Of a stretch of 64,000 bases of DNA, positions 37,136 to 46,779 are shown one piece after another. Position numbers and translations under genes: made by a program. The notes under the pieces are model-generated. The model did not search any database. It was not told the origin of the DNA and saw only the letters and a program-made list of their open reading frames with translations. The number at the start of each line of letters is the position of its first letter. Position 1 is the first letter of the stretch. The stretch spans positions 174,254 to 238,253 of the forward strand of contig DEAE01000023.1 in assembly GCA_002347025.1 (NCBI GenBank), given 5' to 3'. Origin of the DNA: Acidobacteria bacterium UBA2990 (GTDB lineage Bacteria > Acidobacteriota > Vicinamibacteria > Vicinamibacterales > UBA8438).

Positions 37136-38389
37136 TCAACTTCTGAGGTTGCGGGCACCACGGATGGCTCTGTCAATATGTTCCTCCGTGTTGTAGAGAT
37201 GGGGACAGAGGCGGAGGCCACCAGTGGCGGCACCGGCAATACCGTGGATGCTATATAGACCATCTACCAGCTTTCGACGGTTCTCTGCTGGAACTTCTGC
37301 GATGCAGACCCCTCCACAGAGGTCTGTGTTCATGGGTGTGACAAGGGTATAGCCGGCCGCTGTCAAGCCTTCTTTCAGACGGGTTGAGAGGGTTGTGATT
37401 CTGGCTTCGATTACTTTGTGGCCTATCTGGCGATGGAAATCATCGGCTGTACCAATGGCAGCTAGCGCCCCATCATCACGCTGTCCCATCGATTCAAATT
37501 TTCTGGCGCCGTGTGGTCCTGGTTCAACTTGGTTACCCCAACTTGGCGCCACGATGCTTGGCCACAGTCGGTCTATCTGTTCAGCGTCCACGTATAGTAA
37601 ACCGACTTCCTTAGGCCCGAGGAACCATTTGTGTGCACTGGCAGTGAAGGAGTCACAGCCAAGCGCCTTGAGGTTGAGGTCGAGGGCCCCCCAAGTTTGT
37701 GCCCCGTCCACATGGACATGAATGTCATGCCGATGCGCAATCCGGCAAATCTCCGATACCGGTAGGCGAACACCGGTAACATTAGACACATGGGTTAGGG
37801 CGATAACCCTTGTTCGCCCGCTGATAGCGCGTTGGAATCTGTCAACTAATTCTCCGGGATCCTTTGGTCGAGGTGGCGTGGAAACGCGGGTAACGTGGAA
37901 TCCAGAGCGAGCGGCTCGAACCTCCCAGGCAACGTTGTTCGTCGGATGATTCTCCTCCCAGAGAATGACTTCGTCGTCGACGGTTAGAGGGAGGCCACTA
38001 TTCACGATGTTGTTTGCTTCGCTGGTATTGCGAACTAGGGCTAACTCATCGGCTGATACTCCCAAGCTGTCGGCGACTTTGCCTCGGCTTTGTTCGAGCA
38101 GTGCCCCGAATTTTTGTCGATTTTGGGAAGAGCAGTCGCGATCTATGTTTTGGGTCCAAGTGGCGACTTCTTCGGCGAGGCTCCGAGGAGAAGGACAGAG
38201 GTTGGCGGCGTTCATAGGAACCCGTTCTTCACGAAAGGAGAACTGATCTCGAATTGAATTCCAGTAGGTTTGGCCGCTAGCTTGAGGTGGACTACCTTGG
38301 ATCGCTATAGGTCTTCTAGAGTGGGACACGAGAGCGGATGTGGCGATGAGCCTGCCGAGGAATCTCCGACGGGACTGGTGACTCTCCAT
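37136..38389 (-). CDS. Tat-exported class V PLP-dependent aminotransferase / cysteine-desulfurase-like enzyme
   Basis: 417-aa ORF. Twin-arginine signal (SRRRFLGRLIATSALV). PLP-lysine block SAHKWFLGPKEVG. HVDGAQ block. Confidence 0.7.
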   Translation of the reverse strand: MESHQSRRRFLGRLIATSALVSHSRRPIAIQGSPPQASGQTYWNSIRDQFSFREERVPMNAANLCPSPRSLAEEVATWTQNIDRDCSSQNRQKFGALLEQSRGKVADSLGVSADELALVRNTSEANNIVNSGLPLTVDDEVILWEENHPTNNVAWEVRAARSGFHVTRVSTPPRPKDPGELVDRFQRAISGRTRVIALTHVSNVTGVRLPVSEICRIAHRHDIHVHVDGAQTWGALDLNLKALGCDSFTASAHKWFLGPKEVGLLYVDAEQIDRLWPSIVAPSWGNQVEPGPHGARKFESMGQRDDGALAAIGTADDFHRQIGHKVIEARITTLSTRLKEGLTAAGYTLVTPMNTDLCGGVCIAEVPAENRRKLVDGLYSIHGIAGAATGGLRLCPHLYNTEEHIDRAIRGARNLRS

Positions 38390-38570
38390 GCGCTACCTCC
38401 GAAGTTGCAGTATTTCTTGACTGTAACCTGATCATACGTCGCTACCCGCGACTCTAATTATTTAGTGAAATCCGACACTTCCAAGACCCTGGCTCCAAGC
38501 TCTGATGATATCCGTAGCATCAGGATGGCTCTTGGCCCGGAACTGTCGAATTTCACCTGAATGTCTCACC

Positions 38571-39731
38571 TTAGGGAAGCAGACGCGGTACAAACTTGGT
38601 TAACCCCTGTATCGGTCCGACCTCGCCGGCGATGATGTTTCCGTTAGCATCGGCAGTTACACCCTCGCCCATTGAGCCGTACCCTCCCATGCCGGATGGG
38701 CGGTCTGAGACGTGTTCTCGGATGAAGTAATGAACCTCTCCCGTTTGTGCACTGCCTATTCTGAGCCCCTTTCGCCAGCCGCCAGGGTTGTAGTTCTCAT
38801 CGGACTCTGAATCAATGGCGTAGAGCGTGTCGTTGTCGTCTATGAAGAGACCACTGATGCGGCTGAATTGGTACCAGGTGTCTAAGTGTGCTCCTTCTTG
38901 GTCGAAGATCTGAATGCGGCGATTACCGCGGTCGGCCACAAAAAGGCGTCCCTGAGTGTCCATGGCTAACGAGTGGGGAGCCCGAAATTGTCCGTCTGTG
39001 TATCCCCAGGAACCCCAGCTTCCTAGGAAGGTTCCATCGGGGGCAAACTTGGAGATACGGCTCAGTGCTTCTGGACCGGGTTCATCCAGAAACTGAGCTC
39101 CATGTCCTTCGGCGACGAAAATATCCCCGTTCGGGGCGATCAGGACATCGTTCGGTTGAGTTAGGTGGTTCGGTGGATCTCCAGATTCTCCAGGGGTGCC
39201 GATGGTGAGAAGCACCTCGCCCTCCTGGCTCAACTTAATGACCGTGTGTCCCCTGCCTGATTGAGTGGGAGATGGTCCCACTGCCGCCACAGTTGCAGCA
39301 TCAGCTATCCAGACGTTTCCACTTCGATCAACGTCTATCCCGTGTGGCCACATAAAGAGCTCAGCGCCAATTGCTTGGACGACGTTGCCGTCGGGATCGA
39401 GTTTGACGATTGGTGCTACGTCTGATTCGGCGCATGAGTTGGTGCCGCACCGGTCGGCCGCCCAGACGTGGACACCGTCGACGTCGATGTTGACCGCACT
39501 AACTGAGCCCCAATTTCTCCCATCCGGGAGGATGCCCCAGTCTCGTTGGGTCTGATAGGGGTTGGGGAGGTGGTTCACGGGCTCAACATTGGCATGTTCA
39601 GGTGGACCAGATTGCCCCCCCCTTTGTGCGTTTGTCTCTTCCACCCAAATGAAGATTTGAGCCGAAACTAGCACTGTTGCCAATAGGAGCTGTAACGTAA
39701 ACTTGTGGGAACGCTTGAATCTGTTCGTCAT
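38571..39731 (-). CDS. NHL-repeat propeller protein, exported (paralogue of 25871-26989)
   Basis: 386-aa ORF with a signal peptide. DRCGTNSCAESDVAPIVKLDPDGNVV block is shared with 25871-26989. NHL blade LFVADRGNRRIQIFD. Confidence 0.7.
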   Translation of the reverse strand: MTNRFKRSHKFTLQLLLATVLVSAQIFIWVEETNAQRGGQSGPPEHANVEPVNHLPNPYQTQRDWGILPDGRNWGSVSAVNIDVDGVHVWAADRCGTNSCAESDVAPIVKLDPDGNVVQAIGAELFMWPHGIDVDRSGNVWIADAATVAAVGPSPTQSGRGHTVIKLSQEGEVLLTIGTPGESGDPPNHLTQPNDVLIAPNGDIFVAEGHGAQFLDEPGPEALSRISKFAPDGTFLGSWGSWGYTDGQFRAPHSLAMDTQGRLFVADRGNRRIQIFDQEGAHLDTWYQFSRISGLFIDDNDTLYAIDSESDENYNPGGWRKGLRIGSAQTGEVHYFIREHVSDRPSGMGGYGSMGEGVTADANGNIIAGEVGPIQGLTKFVPRLLP

Positions 39732-39931
39732 TGATTACCTCAGGCAGCTAGCTATGTTGTGCACAATATGGCATCGAGCCTGTCACATGACAGGATGGAC
39801 ACGATTGCCTCTGTAGGCAAAATTGTCAAGATGTCTTCCTAGAGTCTGCTTGTTCTGGGGCAAGAGTTGGTGCCCTTGTCTTAAGGATTAATGCCTGAGT
39901 CCGGGCAGATAGAGTTTTTGATGCGGAGTTA

Positions 39932-41944
39932 GTGAATCGCCTACGAAGCCACGCCTTGGGAGGTTTGTTAGTGATAACTGTTAGCCGATCATGTGTGGTT
40001 CTTGGGCTGACCGTCAGTGTTGGGTGTGGAGGGGAAATCAACTCCAATGGCAAGAGTGAACCTGCTGAGAGGCTAATTTCTCAGTTTAGGCACCTAAACA
40101 GTGAAGAGGAAGATTTTGAATATGTTGAATTTTCTCCTGATGGCGGTCGTTTGGCGTTTGTCTCTGACCGAGATGGTGCTCTTAAACTTTGGGTGATGCC
40201 GACAGAAGGTGGTGAGGCCATGGCCCTTACAAGGGGGCAACAATTCTTGGTGTCTCCAGTGTGGTCCCCCGATTCAAGTCAGATAGCCTATGTTTCTGAG
40301 GAAAGCGGCAGTACGAATGTCTGGACCGTGTCCGCTGATGGAAATAGTGATCCTGTATCCGTTACCTCGAATGTTGGTCGAGTCCGGTCTCCCCGATGGT
40401 CACCAGATGGTTCGCGGCTGCTCTATACGACTAGTAGCGAAGGCCGCGGCGACCTGTGGGTAGTTCCGGTGGGCGGCAATGGTGCGTCAGCCCTCACGGA
40501 CAAGGGTAACGTAGTTGACTGGGCACGTTGGTCTCCGGTGGGGGACGAAGTCGTTTTTGTGGCAGTCAATGACGGACGTCGCAGTATCTGGGTGGTTTCC
40601 TCAACTGGTGGTAATGCGAGGCAGTTGGTGGACGAACTAGGACAGCATGATCAACCGGCGTGGTCTCCCAATGGACAGTTGATTGCATTTGTCTCGACTC
40701 GAAATGGAGACCCTGACATTTGGGTGGTTCCCACATCTGGAGAAGGGGCGGAGGCGTTTACAGCTGGTCCAGGCAACGATTTTCAGCCCTCGTGGTCCCC
40801 TGATGGCAGATGGTTGGCCTACCGTTCGATACATGAAGACCAGACCGATGTGTGGGTGGTATCCGCTTCTGGTGGTTCAGCGTGGAAGTTGACTGACGAT
40901 CTTGCCGTCGAGCGCGGACTTCGCTGGTATCCGGACAGTTCTGGCTTGGTGTTCACATCGAGTAAGAGTCACACGAGAGTGTGGGAAGTCAGTGTTGAAC
41001 AAGGCGTATCTTTCGCTTTGACACCGGAGAATGTTGCGGCATTTGACCCGAAGGTGTCTAGCAAAGGGGAGATTGCTTTCCTCGCTGGCGACGGCGGTCG
41101 CCGTGATGTCTACTTGGTTGGTTTGGATGTAGGCGAACCCGTTCGCCTCACGAAAGGTCCAGGTAGTTCAGCGGATTTACAGTGGTCCCCCGACGGGCAA
41201 CTGATCGCCTTTGAGAGTAGTCGAGTCGGAAGTAGCGATGTGTGGATTGTGCCACCGGATGGTCGCGCTGCGAGGGCTGTTACTACCAGCCCAGCTAGGG
41301 ACATCAGTCCACGCTGGTCCCCCGATGGAACTATGTTGGCCTTTTCGTCGACTAGGGCGAACGGTGTTTTGGAGACTTGGTTGACGTCCATCGAGGATCG
41401 GGGTCCTGTCCAGTTAACAATGCAAGGAATCTCTTTAAACCCGCGTTGGCATCCGGACGGGACGGAGATTCTCTTCAGGGCAGTGGCTTCTGAGGACGGT
41501 CAAGAACACATTTGGCGCTTATCTTTGCCAGATGGTACGCCTGAACAATTGACGGAGACAGGTTATAACGCAGGAGCGGATTACGGACCAGAGGGCCGCT
41601 CCATTGTTTACCAGCGCCACGAAGGTTCGGGCTTCGACCTGTATGTTCAAGAGATTGAATCGGGTTTGACGAGGCAACTTACTAACGGAGAGGATGACGA
41701 TATTTTGCCACGCTGGTCGCCGGATGGAAGACACATTGCTTTTTTGTCAGGTTTGTCAAGGAACCGTCAGCTGTTCGTTGTTTCAGCTTTGGGGGGAGAA
41801 CCCACCGCATTAACCAGTTCAGTCGGAAGGGTCAATAGTTTCGATTGGTCTGGCGGTGGTTCCTCGCTAGTCTACAGTTGGACGGCCGGAGCCACCGCCA
41901 GCTGGGAGGTGGGTTTTCATGTTGAGAAGCTGGCGCCTAGATAA
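39932..41944 (+). CDS. PD40/TolB-like WD40-type beta-propeller repeat protein, exported
   Basis: 670-aa ORF (GTG start). Hydrophobic N-terminus ending VSVGCGG. It contains many repeats of the (W/F)SPDG..(I/L)A(F/Y).S.R.G..D(L/I/V)WV pattern along the whole length. Confidence 0.75.
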   Translation: MNRLRSHALGGLLVITVSRSCVVLGLTVSVGCGGEINSNGKSEPAERLISQFRHLNSEEEDFEYVEFSPDGGRLAFVSDRDGALKLWVMPTEGGEAMALTRGQQFLVSPVWSPDSSQIAYVSEESGSTNVWTVSADGNSDPVSVTSNVGRVRSPRWSPDGSRLLYTTSSEGRGDLWVVPVGGNGASALTDKGNVVDWARWSPVGDEVVFVAVNDGRRSIWVVSSTGGNARQLVDELGQHDQPAWSPNGQLIAFVSTRNGDPDIWVVPTSGEGAEAFTAGPGNDFQPSWSPDGRWLAYRSIHEDQTDVWVVSASGGSAWKLTDDLAVERGLRWYPDSSGLVFTSSKSHTRVWEVSVEQGVSFALTPENVAAFDPKVSSKGEIAFLAGDGGRRDVYLVGLDVGEPVRLTKGPGSSADLQWSPDGQLIAFESSRVGSSDVWIVPPDGRAARAVTTSPARDISPRWSPDGTMLAFSSTRANGVLETWLTSIEDRGPVQLTMQGISLNPRWHPDGTEILFRAVASEDGQEHIWRLSLPDGTPEQLTETGYNAGADYGPEGRSIVYQRHEGSGFDLYVQEIESGLTRQLTNGEDDDILPRWSPDGRHIAFLSGLSRNRQLFVVSALGGEPTALTSSVGRVNSFDWSGGGSSLVYSWTAGATASWEVGFHVEKLAPR

Positions 41945-41966
41945 GGTTCTACTGACCCCTTATTCT

Positions 41967-43322
41967 TTATCTTAATCTTACGGATTGACTCGTTAAGGTT
42001 GTTCCTCTGGGAGTGATGTCATAGCGACTGACAATTTCTGAGTAGAAGGTTTCAGCGATTTGTCGGTAACCTGCGGATGTGGGGTGAAGCCCATCAGGCC
42101 CAATCATGCCAGGAACCTGATTGAGTGCCGCATGCAGGTCAACGATTCCACCATTACCTAGCGTTGGTGCCATGTTGCGGATCCTCGCATTGAGGGCTGC
42201 AATGGCAGCCTGAATTCCGGGACTTCCACTTTCTCTGCCGTCACTGACGGGTGTCAGGGTAGCGAGTAGTACCTCTATTCCACGGCTTTCTGCGTCAAGG
42301 ACCATACCCCTGAGATAGTCGGCGTAGGTTCCAACGTCAAGAGGATTTGGGTCATCGGGGGACTGGATCACCAGGCCGAGATTGAGGTCATTGACACCCT
42401 CAAGGAGCAAGAGGACATCAGGTTCAAAGGCGTCCAGTGCTAGCTTGAGTCTCGAAATACCCTCGGCGACCCGTTCCCCTGGAACTCCTTGGTTTGTCAC
42501 TATGATTGACTGGATGGGATAGCCCTGTCTCAGTAAGCCGAGGAGTTGGGTTGGGTAGGAGTTATGGGGTTGAACCGCCTGCTGGACGTTGGGAAGACGC
42601 TGTCGGCTATCGCTCCGGAGTAACGTTGCAAGATCCGGTAGGGTGTCGCTGTCTGACAGTGATGGGTCGCTGACGTAACCCGCGGTAATACTGTCGCCGA
42701 AGGCCAGAAATTTCGTTTCGCTCAAGATTGGGTCTGGGGCTTCGATTGTGACGAAAAATTCACATGAGTCGGCCTCAGGAGGTTGGTCGGCAATGGTTGG
42801 AACAGCAGACCAGTCGGCTGTGCATGTCACCGTTGACTGCCCAACTGGAAAAGTCGTTCCTGACGCGGGGCTGCAGGAAATGATCTCAGGCGGCGTGTTG
42901 GGCAGGCTTGGCAGCTCCCAACTTACTTCAAGTGGTAATCCATCTACGGATTGGCTGGTTTGAGGTCCTGGGCAGGAAAGTTGTGGAGGATCGACCGTTA
43001 TTGAGAAAGAACACTTGGTTGCGAATTCCGTCTGATCAGCCATACAGGTAATTAGTGTGGTGCCGATGCCGAATTCGGTTCCAGAGGTGGGTAGGCAGGA
43101 GCTCTTGTCCACATTGAGCCCTCCAAGAGAGGGGTAGCTAAAGCTAACTAACTGGGGAAAGCCATCTGGCGAAGATTGGATGATCGCAGAGGGGCAGTTG
43201 AGGGCTGATGTTGTGGCCGTGGCTATCGAGGGGGTGGGTGCTGCCGGTGAATCGCTCCCACCGCAACCGCTCGCAAAAAGTACTAGGAAAAAAGAAAAAC
43301 GAAGAAGGTAATTATGCATCAC
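41967..43322 (-). CDS. SGNH/GDSL hydrolase with two N-terminal HYR-like Ig domains, lipoprotein-like signal
   Basis: 451-aa ORF. Signal ends FASGCGG. There are two HYR-like repeats (SSCLPTSGTEFGIGTTLITCMA and ISCSPASGTTFPVGQSTVTCTA). SGNH blocks FGDSITAGY, EGVNDL and DGLHPT. Confidence 0.75.
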   Translation of the reverse strand: MMHNYLLRFSFFLVLFASGCGGSDSPAAPTPSIATATTSALNCPSAIIQSSPDGFPQLVSFSYPSLGGLNVDKSSCLPTSGTEFGIGTTLITCMADQTEFATKCSFSITVDPPQLSCPGPQTSQSVDGLPLEVSWELPSLPNTPPEIISCSPASGTTFPVGQSTVTCTADWSAVPTIADQPPEADSCEFFVTIEAPDPILSETKFLAFGDSITAGYVSDPSLSDSDTLPDLATLLRSDSRQRLPNVQQAVQPHNSYPTQLLGLLRQGYPIQSIIVTNQGVPGERVAEGISRLKLALDAFEPDVLLLLEGVNDLNLGLVIQSPDDPNPLDVGTYADYLRGMVLDAESRGIEVLLATLTPVSDGRESGSPGIQAAIAALNARIRNMAPTLGNGGIVDLHAALNQVPGMIGPDGLHPTSAGYRQIAETFYSEIVSRYDITPRGTTLTSQSVRLR

Positions 43323-43562
43323 TTTGGCAGAAGATCCAGGAATTTGGGCGAGCCCTTTTTACAGAATACACGTTCGCTTTGAGTAGGGGAAATTTAGTTC
43401 CAAGTCTCGTGTCGAAGCATGTTGAAAATTTTTCTCATAGCCTGGTTAGCCATCAGATGGGTTTTTGGCAGGTATACTCTTGTGTTTGTTATGTCCTTAA
43501 TTGAGTGACCGGCCACCCTAGGGTCTGGTGAGTCGAGTGTTACTGCAGAGGAGAAGAGCTTT

Positions 43563-44393
43563 ATGAGCGAAAGTTTGACCGGTGCTGAATTCAAGGCCGC
43601 ATTACGGAATAACAGTCCAAAAATTGGGTTGTTCATTAATTCCCATAGTCCCACGGTTGTCGAGCAACTAGCCCACAGCGGATATGACTGGTTGTTGGTG
43701 GATGCACAGCATGGACCGATGGGCTACGAGACACTATCGACCATGATCGGAGGTATCGCTGCTGGAGGGGCAAAATCGCTAGTTCGGGTGACCGGTTATG
43801 GTGACCGTGCTGGGATTCAGCAATCATTGGACGTGGGAGCTGATGGTGTCCTGGTTCCTTACATCAACACAGCAGATGAGGCCCGCCAGGCTGTTAGTTG
43901 CACTCGTTATCCCACAGCGGGTACACGCTCTGTGTATTTTCCTCAGCGGAGCATGAATAAGGCTGGGTTGCTTGGCTATGCTGGTGCCGCCAATGACAAC
44001 ACTATCTGTGCCTTGCAGGTTGAGACGGCTAGTTGCATAGAGAACATTGAGGAAATCGCTGCTGTTCCCGGCGTAGATTTGCTCTTTCTTGGCCAGAATG
44101 ACCTGTGCATGTCCATGGGGCTATACGAGAAATATCAATTTCCGGATATGTACACATCGCCGGAATTGAAGGAAGCGACTGACGCTCTGAAAGCGGCAGC
44201 AAGAAAAAACAATGTCATCTTGGGACTGTTCCTGTTTGGGACAGACCGCGTGGCGGAGTTCAGGGAGCAGGGTTTTAGTTTGATCAGTATAGGTAACGAC
44301 CTACACCATGTATTGACACAGGCTGGAGCGCACGTCGGTGCGCTAGAAGGCATCATGCCTGACTGGAAGCGTCGCCCGACCGCGTTATTCTAG
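43563..44393 (+). CDS. HpcH/HpaI family 2-keto-3-deoxy-acid aldolase
   Basis: 276-aa ORF. The N-terminal pattern FKAALRNN.PKIGLF....SP..VE.LAHSGYDWLLVDAQHGP and later QVET..C..N..EIAAVPGVD are typical of HpcH/HpaI aldolases. Confidence 0.8.
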   Translation: MSESLTGAEFKAALRNNSPKIGLFINSHSPTVVEQLAHSGYDWLLVDAQHGPMGYETLSTMIGGIAAGGAKSLVRVTGYGDRAGIQQSLDVGADGVLVPYINTADEARQAVSCTRYPTAGTRSVYFPQRSMNKAGLLGYAGAANDNTICALQVETASCIENIEEIAAVPGVDLLFLGQNDLCMSMGLYEKYQFPDMYTSPELKEATDALKAAARKNNVILGLFLFGTDRVAEFREQGFSLISIGNDLHHVLTQAGAHVGALEGIMPDWKRRPTALF

Positions 44394-44398
44394 TTCTA

Positions 44399-44445
44399 GG
44401 GGGCGGCGGCAGTGGAAGTGACAATTGAGCTGCCGTCGGCCCCCC
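44399..44445 (+). terminator. GC-rich stem-loop just after the aldolase stop (possible terminator, no U-tract)
   Basis: GGGGGCGGCGGCAG (44399-44412) pairs with CTGCCGTCGGCCCCC (44430-44445), giving about 14 bp with one bulge and one G-U pair and a 17-nt loop. The following sequence is not T-rich. Confidence 0.3.
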
Positions 44446-44736
44446 TTGCCTTGTCGGATGAGTCAGGTAGAGATTCTCATCGAAGCGGTCGCCGCCTGTA
44501 GTTGACCTCTAATGGCGAGGGCCGGTAGCGGGAGTTCTTGATGCCGACGACACCGTTTGTTCAATCGGTGATGTGACCGCCGGCACATTCAGGACGACTA
44601 GTCCTTCGTGGCCCTGTCCGTACCAACGGTTCCTGAAGACCCGAACTAGGAATTTGTCGTAGTCGAAAGCCGAGAGGGGTTGAATCTCTGGCTCGAAGAC
44701 CAGCTGTTTCGCTATCTGCCGGAGGGCTGTTGACGA

Positions 44737-46779
44737 ATGCAATTGGAAAGACAGATGTTCGCACTGGTGATACTGGGAGTGTTGCTGTTCACTACTCCTG
44801 TTTCGTCACAGCGGGGAGCCACGTCTGGTGAGTGGCGTTCGTATGCCGGTGATCTCTACGGAACGAAATATTCTCCCCTTGGCCAGATATCAGACGAGAA
44901 CTTCTCCGAGATCGAGATCGCTTGGGAGTGGCAGAGTGCAGACACTCTCCTTCCTTACGAAGGAGAGGGGGGAATAGTTGAGGTCGAGGCCGAGACTCTG
45001 TTTGACATTCTAGAAGCTGAACGTCCAGACCGCTGGGTGACCAGACCGAGCATTGGTCGATTGTCAGCAACTCCCGTGATGGCTAATGGGGTGTTATATC
45101 TGGTTACTCCCCTTTATCAGGCCGCGGCGGTCGACGCAGGAACTGGAGAGACCTTGTGGGTCTATAACCCTAGGGTTTATGAAAAGGGAAGTCCACCCCT
45201 CCCTGCCCCCTGGAACCATCGGGGTGTTGCCTACTGGGAGAACGGTGAAGAGGCTCGGGTAATATGGGGCACCGGCGACGGATTTTTGACAGTGGTCGAT
45301 GCGAAAACCGGTCTTCCGGACAAAGAGTTTGGTCGGGATGGTCGTGTCAGTTTAGAGGAAGGATTGCCAAGAGCCCGCGAGAACCCTAGTCGGTTACCAC
45401 CCCCGTCTCGTTCTCCCCCCTTGGTGGTTGGGAATAGGGTGATAGTGGGTTCATCGGTTCACGATTATCTGTATCGTCGAGAGAATGCGCCCGGTTATGT
45501 CCGTGCTTATGACATGCGAACCGGACGGCATTTGTGGGACTTTCATGGAGTTCCTCAGAGCGCTGATGAATTCGGTTCAGACACCTGGCTTGAGGAATCG
45601 TGGAGATATTCAGGTAACACCAATGTTTGGGGAAACCTAACAGCCGATCCTGAGTTAGGTTATGTATATCTAGCGACGAGTACACCTACATCCGATTACT
45701 ACGGTGGGCATCGGCTTGGTCAGAATCTTTTTGCTGAAAGCGTGGTGTGTGTCGATCTTTCCACGGGGCAGCGCGTATGGCACTTTCAGCAGGTACATCA
45801 TGGTATCTGGGATTATGACAATCCGACGGGACCAAATTTGGTAAATATCATTGTTGATGGGCGTGAGGTGAAGGCCGTTGCCCAAGTGACAAAGCAAGGC
45901 TTTATTTATGCCTTTGATCGAATGACCGGTGAACCTATCTGGCCCATCGAAGAACGGCAAGTGGCGACTGACACCGATTTGGTGGGAGAGGTGTTATCTG
46001 AAACTCAGCCATTTCCTACGAGGCCGGCCCCGTTCGAATACCAGGGTGCTTCACTTGATGATCTGATTGATTTTACTCCAGCGGTTCGTCGTATGGCTGT
46101 CGAGGCGATGAATGGATTTCGACTGGGTGCTCTTTATACTCCGTTGTCTCTTCGGGGTACGGTTGTCCGACCAGGTTTTGGAGGAGGGGCAAGTTGGGGT
46201 GGGGCAGCCGTGGATCCATCTACGGGGATCTTGTACGTGCCGTCACGAAATACCCATTCGGTTGCAAGGTTCCGTCTACCAAAGCCTGGGGACCAGGCTA
46301 ACCTGAATTATCTTCTTAGCCGCCGTGGGGCGGAATTCCTTGAAGGGGGAAACCCTCGGCGTCAGCCTCAGATGCCTGAGGGATTACCTTTATGGAAACC
46401 GCCGTATTCCCGAATGACAGCTGTCGATATGAATACGGGTGACCATGTCTGGATGAAACCGACAGGGGATGGGGATCGAATACGTAACCATCCCCGGCTT
46501 CGGCATCTCGACCTACCTCCATTGGGTGGGGATGCGGGTCGGAATGGTCCCGTTGTGACTGAGACGTTGGTCATCTATTCATTAAGCGCTGGTGGCTCGA
46601 ATGGGGGGCCTAGGTTAGTCGCCTATGACAAGGCTACTGGGCAGTTAAGAGGTTCGGTGGATTTACCAGCTGGTGCTATTGGAAGCCCGATGACCTATAT
46701 GCTTGAGGGGCGCCAATATTTAGGCGTGACGGTGGGTGGTGATAGCCCTTCACTCATAGCGCTGAGGCTACCGTTGTGA
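44737..46779 (+). CDS. PQQ-dependent dehydrogenase (glucose/quinate-type quinoprotein, soluble exported form)
   Basis: 680-aa ORF with a signal peptide (LLFTTPVSSQ). The N-terminal GEWRSYAGDLYGTKYSPL pattern and the VHHGIWDYDNP block are present. There is no N-terminal multi-TM anchor. Confidence 0.75.
   Translation: MQLERQMFALVILGVLLFTTPVSSQRGATSGEWRSYAGDLYGTKYSPLGQISDENFSEIEIAWEWQSADTLLPYEGEGGIVEVEAETLFDILEAERPDRWVTRPSIGRLSATPVMANGVLYLVTPLYQAAAVDAGTGETLWVYNPRVYEKGSPPLPAPWNHRGVAYWENGEEARVIWGTGDGFLTVVDAKTGLPDKEFGRDGRVSLEEGLPRARENPSRLPPPSRSPPLVVGNRVIVGSSVHDYLYRRENAPGYVRAYDMRTGRHLWDFHGVPQSADEFGSDTWLEESWRYSGNTNVWGNLTADPELGYVYLATSTPTSDYYGGHRLGQNLFAESVVCVDLSTGQRVWHFQQVHHGIWDYDNPTGPNLVNIIVDGREVKAVAQVTKQGFIYAFDRMTGEPIWPIEERQVATDTDLVGEVLSETQPFPTRPAPFEYQGASLDDLIDFTPAVRRMAVEAMNGFRLGALYTPLSLRGTVVRPGFGGGASWGGAAVDPSTGILYVPSRNTHSVARFRLPKPGDQANLNYLLSRRGAEFLEGGNPRRQPQMPEGLPLWKPPYSRMTAVDMNTGDHVWMKPTGDGDRIRNHPRLRHLDLPPLGGDAGRNGPVVTETLVIYSLSAGGSNGGPRLVAYDKATGQLRGSVDLPAGAIGSPMTYMLEGRQYLGVTVGGDSPSLIALRLPL

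Noticed and set aside
44509-44742. 77-aa minus-strand ORF in the spacer before the second PQQ dehydrogenase (contains FDYDKFLVRVFRNRWYGQGHEGLVVLNVP)
   Set aside because: No family was recognised and no RBS was seen. It overlaps the dehydrogenase start. It could be a gene remnant but cannot be supported.
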